The notes below the pieces were generated by a model, which worked only from the letters and a program-made list of their open reading frames with translations, did no database searches and was not told where the DNA came from. From the human T2T-CHM13v2.0 reference genome, Homo sapiens: DNA of 64,000 nucleotides. The DNA lies in the NCBI RefSeq assembly GCF_009914755.1, contig NC_060926.1, one strand, 5' to 3'. Both the position numbers and the translations under genes were made by a program. Numbering within the stretch: position 1 is the stretch's first letter; every line of letters begins with the position of its first letter. Of the stretch, positions 51,231 to 64,000 are shown piece by piece.

Positions 51231-52509
51231 CAGCACTCCCTGTTGGTCACCAGCTCCCCCTGTCCACAAATCTATCTACAGTGACCCTAAATATAGGCCA
51301 CATGGAAAAGAGAGTTCACCAGGCCTTTGGGAACTCATATCTGGAAAGCAGACTTGTGTTTACAAAATACCTTCCCACAGCTTTTCTCCCCTGGTCCTTG
51401 TGGAACATGGTGGCTAGGTCTTCATGGTCATCCTTGCCTTTCAGCAAACGCTGTGTCCTGGGCTCTGTGGGGTGTACGGTATAGAGACAAGACCATGCTT
51501 TATTCTGTCTCATGGATTAGCTTCTCACAGCCCATAAGGGCAACACAAGCTTGGCACCCAGCAGAACATTCCTGGAGGAAACAGCCTTGTCAGTGTGCAG
51601 GTACTCATTTAAATTCCAGACCCTGGTTTTTAAGACACCGATCTGCAATGGGCATATGTACTGTGATAGATGAAAACAGAAATGGTTTTCCACTGTATCT
51701 GTATTATTAGATTTGACCTACTATCGAAAGAGCAAAGAAAGAGTGGAAAATTAAAGGTGATTTGATATTAGCCTCCTATTCATATTAGAAAAAGTGACTG
51801 CTCTTGCGGTTTTCCTCACAGAGGTGTCTTTATTCATTTGACATGCCTTTAATAACTAATTCTAGTTGTCTGGTTGCCAGGAAAGATTTCCTACGGGCAG
51901 ACTTGAAAGTGACTCGGAACTCTTTGCATGCCCGGCTTCAAATGATCCCAGAACAGCAAACATTCAGCTTCCCTCCAGACTTCTGAAGTGTGGGAATAAC
52001 ATGAAAGAATGAACAAGAATCATTCTGCAGCCTGCATATGCTATGAGCAGAGCTGCCTGGCAGAGGTTATGGCTCTGTCTACATGGACCAGGCATAGTGA
52101 GATTTGGAAATAATCTCATGCATTTGATCCATGGAGTCAGCCAAACCAAATGATTTATTTCAGGAAAATAAATCTACTTTGGGACCAGAATGGGGTAGGT
52201 CAGTCATAAACAGACTGAACTTTCCTCTCTCTGCATAGACCTGGAGTGGGCAGAGAAAGGCTGGGAAAACCACCACAATTGCTCTCATAGGGTCACAACC
52301 AAATAACTCATGCTATGAATATGTACACATATTTGCTACAATGGTCATTCATCTACTTACGGCAGGCTAAGTGGACGACATACATACATAAACTAATTCT
52401 CACAAGAATCCTACTTATGAGGTAATAGTATCATTATTCCCATTTTACAGATGGGAAAACTGAGCCTCTGAGATGTTCAATAATTTGCCCAGGACTCATA
52501 GTTTTGGAA

Positions 52510-52902
52510 GCAGAAGTTGGCTAGGTGTTCATCAGACATTTCTTTTTTTTCCTCCTGGGTACACAACAAGATGTCACTTTCCCTCCTGTGAAGTTAGATG
52601 CAGCCATCTGACTGAATTCTGACCCATAGAAAGTGGATAGAAGTGACATACATTATTTCCAGTTTCTGCCCATACATGATTCTCTCTTTTCCTATTCAGT
52701 GACTGAATGGAGAGGATTCTGAGGGCCTAGAAAGGGTAGAACCTGAATATGGAAGAATACAGGATTCTAAACAACTGTTTTCACCAGAGCCCCTTCATCA
52801 ACCTGCATTGGATGGTGATATGAGCTAGAAATAACCTATTGCGTTAGCCACTGAAATGTGATGATTGCTGGTTCCAGCTGAAAACCTAAACTGATTAATG
52901 CA
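52510..52902 (+). mobile_element. MLT1H/I/J-type LTR inserted in a MIR
   Basis: gttagatgcagccatctgactgaattctg...gaaataacctattgcgttagccactgaaatgtg. Confidence 0.65.
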
Positions 52903-53419
52903 ACTCATAAGGTGTTTCCAAACTCAAAAACTCTAACGTTCATGCTCTTAACCTTTTGCTTGTCTGTAACCACACTGGTTCTGATCAACTTATCCCCAGG
53001 GGACATTAGGAGATGTCCCCTTTTTTTGAGTACCAGTCTCCTTTCTGCTCTAGAGGTCCTGAGGTGGTGGTGTTTTCGCTTTCTGCTTTCCTACCTACGC
53101 AGACACATTTCCGTTGTTGTTGCTTTTTTTTTTTTTTAAGAAAATGTTAAAAGCTACACCTCCTATTTCTTAGTTAGTCTATCCCCGTTGTGGGGCTCTG
53201 CATATCCAAGCTGTCTTTGATTTCTCCTCTGCCATGTTATTAGTAACATCTGATCAATTACTTGTGTCTCTCCCATCCTTGCCCTTCACTCTATTTCCCC
53301 TTATCGGTCTCACCTGGTTTAATCACAGCACTCTCCAAACTTGCCTCTTCTCCTGCCCATCATCCAAAAGGACCTTCCTAAAACAGACCTGGTCCCATTA
53401 TCCCCTGAATGAAATTTTT

Positions 53420-53920
53420 TCATGTAAAGTTTATTATATCATAATGCAAATACCCTTTAATCAAGCAATTCCACTTCTATGAATTTATAGATACATGCAC
53501 AAAATGATGTACATACAAAGGTATTCACTCCATCATTGTTTGAAGGGGCAAAAGATTGGAAACACCAAATGTCCGTTAATAGAGTCTTATTACATCAACT
53601 ATAGAATGCAGTGAACTCCACCTAAAAATCTCCAAGATTTATGGTTAAGTATAATGTGCAAGGTACAGGACGGTGTATATAATATACTAATATTGGTGTT
53701 TAAAAAGTAACAGGGAGATATATTTTCATATATGTTTACAAAGATATGGAATACCTTTGAAAGAACGCACAAGAAACTGGTAATAACAGCTGCTTCTGGA
53801 AAGGGAACTGAGTGACTAGGGCTCAGGGATGAGAAGGAGAAACACTTTTCAGTGAATATACAATTTGTGTTGTTTGAAGACTTCATGCATGTATTAACTT
53901 TAAAAAAAAATAAAATAAAA
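53420..53920 (+). mobile_element. L1ME-type 3' end
   Basis: agcaattccacttct...gcaaaagattggaaacaccaaatgtcc...caagaaactggtaataacag. Confidence 0.8.
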
Positions 53921-55209
53921 CTGTGCTTCCTAGTGCTTCTTTGATGAAATCCGAATCCTGCAGGAAGAAAGAAAAGACTCTTCGAGTTCTGGCTCCAACA
54001 CGTTTTTTCTGCTTGCTCTCTCACTCGACCACACTGTTCTCTGAACATTCCTGGTACTCCCTCATCTCTATGCCTTTGTTTAGGTCTCTCCCTCCCCTGG
54101 AAAGTCCCATCCCTATTCAGCAGAAACTAATCCATGTTATCTCCTTCGTTTTCTTTATAACTCTATATGATGGCCCTTTATCCCAGTTTGCTCTGTACGA
54201 GAGATGTGTCTTTCTTTCCTACAAGATGATATGTTGTCTTACACACAGAAAGTGTTCAAAATATGCCTGTGCCTTGAACCAAAGCTATAATTCTACATGT
54301 CTCAGCAATAGCTTCTAGAAATGGCTGGGAAGGGGGAAAGGGATGGGCTTACCCTTCCCCACAAAGAAGGAGTCAGATCTGAAATCTATCCCATTAGGTT
54401 GGAGGCTGGACTAGGTAAGTAATATATCTCAGCCTGGGACACTGGAACATTCTGCAAGAATGGACCTCCTTCCTCTGGTTCACTCCCAAGGCCACTTCCC
54501 CATCCCCAGTCTCTTTGCCCAAAGACCAACAAGTCAATGGTGCCGCTATGCTCAAGACTGAAATTGTCTCTTTGGCATCAGGATGACTGCATGATGCTTT
54601 CTGGAGAGAGACATCCATTGCCCTAGACCACAGTCTGGGGTTTAAACTCAGTTGTCACAATTATTTGAAGCCTATTAAGTTTATTTATGTTCCAAAGCAG
54701 GTCCACTAGAGAAGGACCATCATAGTCGTAAATATCAGGGCTGCTGTTCTCCAGACCCAGCTGTGCCTCTATGCCCCTCCCCTTCTCAGTGCTACAGGCC
54801 CTGCTTACAGACTGGAGCCAGGTGCTCAGATTCGGTAAAGTACCCATGCCCTGTTCAATCAATTCTGCAGGCCCAGCTAGTCAACACACACTTCTACACA
54901 TTCTGTGCAGCGGGAGTATATTTGAACAAGACTCGGATATCCATGGGAGTGATGGCATCTTCTAGTCCTGTCCATGTTGAATACATAAGGTTCAGGAGTC
55001 CACGCTTTTACCTCCAAGACTCATGCGGACCTAAGGACTGGTGCTGAACCCTGGGCAGAGTTAGGAACCCTTCTAATGCAACTAGAATCTTTAAGAAAAC
55101 AAAGGACTGATTGCATGTCTGCTGAAAGATGCTTTCAGAGTTCTTGGCTGCGTGAGGGTTTCATCATTTTGCCCATCAGTGTGGTTTAAAGGAGACCACT
55201 TAATCCCAA

Positions 55210-55497
55210 GAGCAGTGTTTTCCAAAGCATATCCCATTGTACACTGGTCTTGTAAAATGAGAAAGTAAAGATGATTGTGTAGTCAAAAAGTTTATGAAAC
55301 ACTGGATACTAGATCCTCATCTGGGGAGATTCACAGTGCACTTTGCATATTAGAGGGCCTGAGAAGTCCTGCAATAAAGAAATTTGTTTAACTCAGTGTG
55401 ATCTAAACATGTTTCACAAAAGAATCATTTTTTGGTGACAGCGATGGGTATCCCTTGATAGCAGTGTTACATTGAGTGCCTTTGGGGAAAGCTGCCT
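55210..55497. mobile_element. hAT-Charlie-like fossil
   Basis: cagtgttttccaaag...gtcaaaaagtttatgaaacactg...gagaagtcctgcaataaagaaa. Confidence 0.55.
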
Positions 55498-55503
55498 TTA
55501 GAA

Positions 55504-55504
<1 letters not shown>

Positions 55505-55554
<50 letters not shown>
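55505..55554. repeat. (TG)n microsatellite, about 25 units
   Basis: uninterrupted run. Confidence 0.98.
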
Positions 55555-55559
<5 letters not shown>

Positions 55560-55942
55560 TACCTGCAGAGCTTCCTGAGGCTTGGTCTAGGGGGAGGAAC
55601 ACTTCTCTACCTTCTGCCTCCCTGTCTTCCAGTTCCCAAGTCTTAAGCTGGCCAACACACCTGCCCAGGTACAGGTGTTCTTCCTTTCTCTGCTGGCTCT
55701 TTTTTCTCTGTCCCAGCCCAGGATGTTGGAGGGAGGAAGAGGAAATGTCAGCTTCAACTTCAACCAACTGGCCCATTGCTCACCCACCTGTAGTTTGGCC
55801 CACAGTCTGATTTAATATCCACTGTTTCTTGTTTTTAAAGAATGAGACTGAAAAATTACTCTTTACTCTTCTTCCCAAACTGTTCTCCAAGTTTTCTTCT
55901 CCCAGGAAGCCTCACCTGTGAGCATGCACTGTTGGTTTAGGG

Positions 55943-56110
55943 CAGTGGTTGTCAAATTTTGGTCCCTGGATCAGCAGCGAAGCAACAGCATCACCTAGGA
56001 ACTTGCTAGAATTGCAAATTCTCAGACTCCCACTGAATTAGACACTCTAGAGGTAGAGCCCAGCAATTTTTGTTTTAACAAGCCCTCCAGGTGATTCTGA
56101 CGCAAACCAT
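55943..56110 (+). mobile_element. MER5A
   Basis: cagtggttgtcaaa...cagcatcacctaggaacttgctagaattgcaaattctc...ccctccaggtgattctga. Confidence 0.9.
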
Positions 56111-56269
56111 TAGCCTAGGGTGTTGGAAATCTCTTTCACTGAGCAGGTTCTATTTTACCTCATTCGTTTTCTGCATATGTTTTTATTTATACCACACCAA
56201 ATTCCGAAAAGGATGAGGACAACCAATACTGAAATACTTAGGTGCTAGCACAATTAAAACAAGTGTACA

Positions 56270-56575
56270 AACACTCTTCCTCCCAATAACTGTCTGGCTC
56301 ACTCCCTCACCTCCTCCAGGTCTCAGACAGGCCCTCCTTGATCATTTCCGAAATGTCAATCTCCTCTCACTGCCCTCCTACTCCCTATCCTCCTCTACTT
56401 TATCTTTCTCCTTAGCATTGATTATTATGTAATATCTATACAATTTATACGTTTTTATTTTTTCTCTCCTCCCTTGAATATAAGCTCCATGGGGCAGGGC
56501 TTTTCATCTATTTTGTTCCCTACTTCATCCCCAGCACTAGAATGCTTCCTGCTTCAATAAACATTTGTTCAGTAG
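56270..56575 (+). mobile_element. L2 3' end
   Basis: gaatataagctccatggggcaggg...ccccagcactagaa...tcaataaacatttgtt. Confidence 0.8.
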
Positions 56576-58649
56576 ACAACCCTTATCATAAGGAGGCAGG
56601 AGAGGTCTGCTGTGGTGATGAAACAGAATTTTACTCTGAGCTTGCTAGCAGTCAAAGAGTTACAAAGATCTCTTTATCAAATAACAGGAAATCAGAAAGT
56701 CCTTTTGGGAAAGACAGAATCAGCCCAGACCCCCATTTTGCCCTGTGTGCTCCCTGGGTGGGTAACAGCTATTTCTGATAATGTCCCTGGGAAGCTCTGT
56801 GCTCATCTCAGAGCAGCCTGGAAGCCTCAACCAGCTTCTATCTCCACCGATTCAATCCCAGGGAAGTTTTTCTTTTTTCTCCAGTGAGAAATGGGCAGAC
56901 TCCTCCCAAAGATGTCCGTGCTGAACTTGTCTCCTGGCAGGACATGCAAAAGGGCACACAAATTACAGGAAAATGTCTGCTTGTTGAATCAGTTTTGTAG
57001 GTTAAATACGGTGGGACAGGAGGGAAGGGGCAGGAGAGCGTTCAACCATACTGAGTTCTTTTTTAAACTGCCTGGAAGGGTAGCCCCCACCTGGGGAGAA
57101 TGTATCTAGCACTGATAAATTTATAAAGTATTTGACCTTTAATCAATCCTAATATTTTCAATCCGCAGAGCCTTCTTAAACGCCTACAGCCCTGCCCCTA
57201 GGCCCCTATTCATCACAATTACTGCTCCAACTGTCGGAGGCAGGGCATGAAATGGCGCACGCTGACGTCCAATATTTTATCACTAATAAAGAGAAACATC
57301 CCAAGTATTTGCACAGTTCTGATACTTTCCAGCCCCGAGCCCAGGAAAAGGGGGAGTGTGGTGATTTATGCTCACTGCCAGGCATTGTTAATTGGGCTCT
57401 GGGCTAGAGGCCCTGGAGCTGCTTTTCTTTGCTTCCCAACCATGAACCAGGATGTGCAGAGAGCAGTGGGTCAGGGGTGTAGGAGAGGCCTGCAGAGCAC
57501 AGTGTAGGCCCTCACTTGGTATCTGGGAAGTGCTAGAAAACACTAGAAAGGGCAGTTTTTCAAAATCAAGGCTTGGCAAGTGCTTGCCTCCACTGGTGGC
57601 TTTGTAAACAGATCCAATGTTTATGAGCAATCTCCTTCCACTTGTTGCCACTGCTGGGCTGCAATCCTCCCCACCTTCCTTGTCGCGCCTTCCTGCCCCT
57701 CCCCCACCCCATCCCCAGTCAGGGTCTGGAGTCCAGCCCCATTTCCTTCTCAGTTCAAAGTCCCTCCCTCTCTGCCTCCCTGCTCCAAGCAGAGGGAAGC
57801 TCAGTTTCCAGTCACGGCATTCAGACAACCCACAGGCTGCATCTATATGGCACCCAAACATCTGGATGAAATGTAAACAAAACAAGCAGATGTTTCTCTT
57901 TCATTACAGCAGGTGCCTCTGCAGTGCCCTCAGCCTGGGGCTGAAAGGGAAGGGCTCCCTCTGGGGTCCAAGATCCCAGAGGGAGTTTGGGAGGGCTGCA
58001 TACCCTTGACCTATCAAGGAGCTAGTCCCTTGGGTGTCATAGACAGAGATGAGCAAACAAAGCCAGATACTCCTAGGGAAAAGAGGCTGGTAAAACTGAC
58101 AATGGAGGATGGTGTTTGTGAGGACAGAATGAAAGGTTCAGGAACTGGGGGCAAAAGAAGGAGATGCCAATGGAAATCAGTGGAGGAAGACATTGATTTC
58201 AAATCCCTCTCTAATTTCATTATGATGAAGAGTTTCCTGAGCCTCCACATTCCACACCACTGCCTTCTAGGAAAAAAAGCAAGACATGGCCTGCACAAAC
58301 CTCCGTCTTAGTCCAGGGTCTCCTGTGCAAGAGGAGTTGGGATCCAGAAAGAGAGGATGTCCTGGGGCTTGGATGACCGGGGGTTTCAAAAACAGCACAA
58401 ACCTCCCCTTTCTCAGGCCATCTTCCACCTAACAGGAGACAAATGGATGCATCACATTGAACTAATAAAGGTGGGTTGAGAGGTTCATGAAAGGGATAAT
58501 TGAGGAAGGACAGCGGGACAACAGACCATGAAGAACAGAGTGATAACAGCCACAGAGAACCAGAGGCAAAAACAGATGAATTGGTTTCCATTTGCCTTCC
58601 CTTCACTCCTGCCAGACCCTCTATCCTGACTCTGTGTGGTCCACTAACA

Positions 58650-59190
58650 TACTCCCCCAGTGCAGTCCCTGAACACTTACCCTGATCCTCTCCTCTGCTC
58701 CCCAAGCCCTGTGTGTGACACTCACACTCCCCCAGGTCTCTCCTCTACTCCTCAAACCCCAGGTGCACTGACACACTCTCCAATCCTGTCCCCCACTTCC
58801 CTAGCCCCTGGGTGTAACACTCAACACACTCCCAGTCCTGTCCCCCTCCCCCAGTCCTGTGTGACACTGAACACACTCCCCCAGTCTTCTCGCCCATTCC
58901 CTAGTCTCTGTGTGTGACACTGAATACACTCAATCATGACCCCTACCTCCCCAGCCTCTAGGTATAATGCTAAACACACTCCTAGTCCTGTTCCTTACTC
59001 CCCCAGCCTCTGGGCATTGTGTTAAACACAGTCCTCCAGTCCTCTCCCCCACTCCTCTAGCCCCGCGTGTAACACTGGGCACACTCTTCTGGCCGTCTGC
59101 CCTTTCTCAGTCTTGGGTGCAACACTAACACGCCCTCCAGTCCTATCCCCCATGCTCCCAACCCTTGGGTAAGGCACTGCTCCCACACTC
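58650..59190. repeat. degenerate ~50-bp tandem array, about 10-11 copies
   Basis: recurring gtgt(g/a)acact-aacacactccc-cagtcct-ccc-ctccccagcc. Confidence 0.85.
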
Positions 59191-62100
59191 AATGGGGAGC
59201 CAAGGAACAGTTACACTCCCTTGGCTCCTCCACTGTCTGTCACAACAAACACATTCCTCAGGGCCACCTTCCTTGGTGGCAGCTGTTTTACCCTACTATC
59301 TGCAGAAAGACTCTCAGGTCCCTACTGTGATCCTGTGTGCCAGCCCAGCACAACAAGTATTGTGGAGACAAGGGGAGAGAGAGAGAAATGGGAGACAGAG
59401 GAGAGAGAGTGGGGATGGCAGCACTGGTGAGGATTGCAGCTCCTCATCCATCCATTGATACTGGATTTTGTGTCAAAGGCAAACATTTTCCTTTGACCTC
59501 AGTGTTCCTGTCTGCAACGCTGAGCTGCAATCTGGCATCAAGCACCCTGGGAAAAGGGCTGATTGCCACAGAGAGTTGAGAATTCAAGAACTGGACTCTG
59601 GTTAGGACCGGGTCAGACACAACATGGAGAAAGAGGATTATATCTTGGTAGGGAGGTAGCATTTTTGTTTGGTTTTTCTTGCTTTTCTTATGAAACAGGA
59701 AGTGCCAAGCAATGCCCCCAGGTTTTGGGGTTTCCAAGTGAAGAATTTTACCCCTGATAACCACAGTAACCCCTGAAAGAAGTGGAGGCTTTCCTTTCAT
59801 ATTTCGGGGGGCTGGGAGGGGCAAGGAGTAGGAATCAGACACAAAGAAAACTGAAGTATGGGTGATCCAATTCCCCTTCCCCCAAGTAGCCTTGCTTTTT
59901 AGCTCCATGGGTTAGAAGTTTATGGGAATTCTGGATCCATGGTTTCCTATGGTCTCTTTTACAGATCTTGTTAATTTATTACCCTTGGTTACACTTTTAA
60001 TGGAAATCATGAAGAAATGGCAAAGGAAACATGAGCTAATTTTTTTTCCAGTGACACATTTCACTGCTATTTAAATAGCTGTTTTGCCAAACCAAACACA
60101 GCGCTTACAGCCAGCGGTGACACATGAAGGAGATCACTGTGGCCGATCCTGCCTGCGGCATCCAGAACAGGCGAGACTTTCTCTCAGCTTCCCCAAGGGC
60201 CGGACGCCAAGGGGGGCGGGTAGGAGAGCTGGAGCCTGGGGCACAGCTGGAGCCCCAGAGCTGGGTGCGTGCAGCTTCCACCCACCCTGGGCACGGCTGC
60301 TTCTCTGTTGCCTCCTGTCCACTCCTTACCCCTGAGGAGCCCTGGGGTAACTGTTTTCTCCCAGCAGCCTGGGGGACCCCCCAGAGTGGGCCACAGCAAG
60401 AGCACCAGCAGGGCCTCCTGGCCCTCACTGCAGGATGATCTGCTCAGGCCTTTAGTGGGGAACATTACTGGGTTGCATAAAACCAGAGACAGACTTTGGG
60501 GAAGCCCTGGCCATCTCGGTTCCAGTTCTGTGGTGGCGGCAACAGTGGTACTGTGACCACGCTCACACAGGGTGCCTTTGTTAGGCAATCCCAGAGCCTG
60601 TGACTTCTCCTCCTCAGAAATGTTGGCCTCTGATGCACTCTTGCTCCCCAACTTGGGGACCGTGATGTCACCAAGCATTTATGAGCTTCTCAAGAAGCCA
60701 ATTGAGACTTGCGGCATTTGGCGAGAGAAACTCCGGGGCCTGGGATGTTGGAGAAGAGGAAGAGGCCACAATCTGTGGCGATGGCTGGTGCAGGAGGAAT
60801 GGAGGGGAAACTGTTCACAGCAGCCAAGTCAGAGCCTCCCCAGGGTTAAAAAATGCAGTGGGATTGAGGGAGGCAAAGCGCTTAGGGTCTGACATGAGGG
60901 CTGTGGAGACCTTGATTCATTTGTCCAATCTCGGCAGCCCTGTGACAGACAGCCCAGTGGCACCAACATTCTCCCCATGAGCTCTGCTAATGAACAGCAG
61001 GAAGGGGCAATCCAAGAAGCAGGCACGAAATGGGGAGAGAATGTTCTGGAGGGAGGAGCCCGAGCCAGCAGGAACTAGGATTTCAGCCCCACCCAGGCCC
61101 TGCTGGGTCCTGAACAAGTCTAGCTACTTCTCCAATTCCCCCTCCGTGGGATGCTCTGTGGCCCCCAAAGCCCTCTGCCAGTGTCAAGGTGGCAGAGCCG
61201 AGGGGCCATGACAGAATCTGGGCAGCAGGCCTGCTGGCACCCTGGGAGAAACCACTCTCCGTCCTCTGCTTTTCAGGGAGAAAACCCACATTAGCGAGAC
61301 TGGGGAGAGAAGTTAACTGTCATCTTCCCTTTGCCAAAAATTATATTAAATTCACTGACCACATTTTTCCAAACCCAAGTGCAGAGGACATTAGATCAAC
61401 GCACACTGGCTGGGCTCTGGTGCGCCGGGCACCCCACACATTTCATTTTGCATTATTAATATTTAAACCAAAGCAGCTGTTTGCACACACAGAGCCCAGA
61501 GCCTGCCCAAGACTCCTGTGGAGACTTCTTTCTGGGATCAGACGCACCAGCTAGGAAGCACGTTGTTGACCCTAAGGACTTTGAATTTCCCCAAGCAGAC
61601 ATTCATTGGTCAGCGATGGATGAGATTTCTGGGATATTTCCGAGCAAGGGGAACTGCTGGTTTATTGGCAAGTGCAGATTCTGATGATCTGGCTTCACTG
61701 AAATTCCTTGAGGAACTAAGTAGTAGGGCCCACCCGGAGCAGATTTTTGAGAGGGGTGAAAGTATCTCTTTAGGCACCAACCTCCCCTCTGAGCCCTATT
61801 CTGCCAAGCATTTTGCACCATAGAGCCTGGAGTCCTCCTCCTGGGCATTTGCAAGTTAAAGCCTCATCTCTAAGCCTGGCTGGGAGACTCTTGCCTGAGT
61901 CCTGCCCTGCAACCTGATGCACCACAGCCCCTTCCCAAGCTGCCTCAACTCTCACCTTCAGCCTTGTGCTCCAGCCACCACAGTCTGCTCTGTTTTCCAG
62001 ACACACTAAATTCTGTCTTTCCACAGACGATCTGCTATTTCTGCTTGCCTTTGAAATCTCAGGACAAAATTCACCTCTTCTCTGCTACCCCCTCTTCCCT

Positions 62101-62247
62101 CTAGGACAAATTAATTACTCTTCTCTCCTTCCATCATACTTTGTCCCCCTTTATTTTGACATATATCTCAGTACATTGCAAATCTTTGTTTCTATACCTG
62201 CACTTTCAGCGCACACCACGCTTTAAATAGAGTATATTATGTAATTC

Positions 62248-62555
<308 letters not shown>

Positions 62556-62802
62556 ATATTTATGTAATTCTTACAACAACCCTCTGACGTAGGTACTATA
62601 ATTATCCCCATTTTACAGATGACAAATCTGAGACTTGGAGATTCTGAATAGCTTATCTAAGGTTACATAGTTAGAAAGTATCCGTTTTCCCCACCACCCC
62701 AAAACTATGAGCTCCTCAAAGAAGGGGTCATTGCCTTATGCATCCAGGGCCTACGTAACATATTGTCTCATTATAAGTGCTCAGTAAGTGTTTGTCAAAA
62801 TA

Positions 62803-63105
<303 letters not shown>

Positions 63106-63654
63106 TCAAAATAAAATTAAATAGAGTAAACGGAAGTATTTTCTCAGGTCGGGACCTGCTGAGATGCCCTCATGTCACCATTTTCTTTAGGCTACAGCCC
63201 CAACCCTGGCTCCTGGAGAAAGAGGAGTATAAATGCAGCAGTAAGCCAGACCGGGATTCAAATTCCCATTCCACCTGAATTTAAACTAACCGCGTCTCTG
63301 TTTTTCCATTTGCAAACTGGTGAAAATAATAGTACCAACCTTAATTTAATTATTACAATAACCAATTCAGTCCTGCCTGAGCCAGATTAGAGAAGAGAGG
63401 AGGAGGTCATGGCCCACAGGAAAATTGTAAGGATTAAATGAAGTGATATGTGGGGAGCATCTAGCCCATTTTGCCACATTTATAGACATACACGTTGATG
63501 TCTTGGGACACCGAAGTGCTTTGACGGCAACGATGATGACAATGTGTTAGACTGCCATATAGTGCCTTATAGGGCTCCACATGGATATCTTCAATTAGCC
63601 CTCACAATTATTATAAGCCTAGTATTACTGTCATGATCCTGTTCTAGACATCTG

Positions 63655-64000
63655 GAGCTGTGGAACAAACCACCCCCCCAAAAAGTAGTGCCTTAAGACA
63701 GTAACATTTGTTTTGCTCACAAATCTGCAATTTGAGCAGGGCTCAGTGGGGAAGCCCCTTCTCCCTCCTCGGTTCAGCACCAGCTGGGCCAGTAGAAGAC
63801 TGAGGGCCAGAATCATCTGATGACTCTCATGTGTCTGGCCATTGATACTGGTTGTCGGCTGAGACTTGAGCTGGGACCCTCAGCCAGAACCTACATATAC
63901 CCTCTCTGCATGGCCTGGGCTTCCTCACAGTATGGCGGGCAATTTCCAGTTCTGGCGTGGGGGTGAAAGAGAGAGCATGCCAGCGGAAGCCACATGCGTT
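63655..64000 (-). mobile_element. MLT1-type LTR, probably continuing past the window end
   Basis: gctgtggaacaaaccaccc...ttgctcacaaatctgcaatttgagcagggctcagtgggg...gggcttcctcacagtatggc. Confidence 0.7.

Noticed and set aside
60066-60079. 14-bp palindrome GCTATTTAAATAGC as a MEF2 site
   Set aside because: Spacing does not fit CTA(A/T)4TAG, and palindromes this long are expected by chance in 64 kb.
60084-60980. Dense overlapping ORFs in a GC-richer segment
   Set aside because: Explained by stop-codon scarcity; no homology or exon structure seen, and not a CpG island.

Overview
Primate, almost certainly human, non-coding genomic DNA. It is CpG-poor, has no CpG island, and shows no supportable protein-coding exon, tRNA or rRNA. 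A large share is interspersed repeat: about 14 Alu/FLAM/FRAM elements, old L1M, an L1PA 3' end, L2, MIR, CR1/L3, MaLR LTRs (THE1, MLT1), an ERV1 MER4-type solo LTR and DNA-transposon fossils (MER5, MER53, MER104, MADE1), plus microsatellites. The GATC-bounded fragment at 28002-29178 matches my memory of the STAR6 anti-repressor element (1173 bp, 2p21), which would place the window on human chr2p21; this is unverified recall. I found no convincing new gene system. The most unusual unexplained structures are: a 34-bp near-perfect hairpin with AATAAA on both strands (3012-3089); a 58-bp segment copied 5.4 kb away and joined to a tandem duplication (22299-22469 and 27671-27728); a degenerate ~50-bp tandem array (58650-59190); a six-copy CCATCTG E-box cluster (32957-33248); and several repeat-free blocks that look like developmental enhancers. 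Repeat subfamily names and boundaries were assigned by eye and are approximate.
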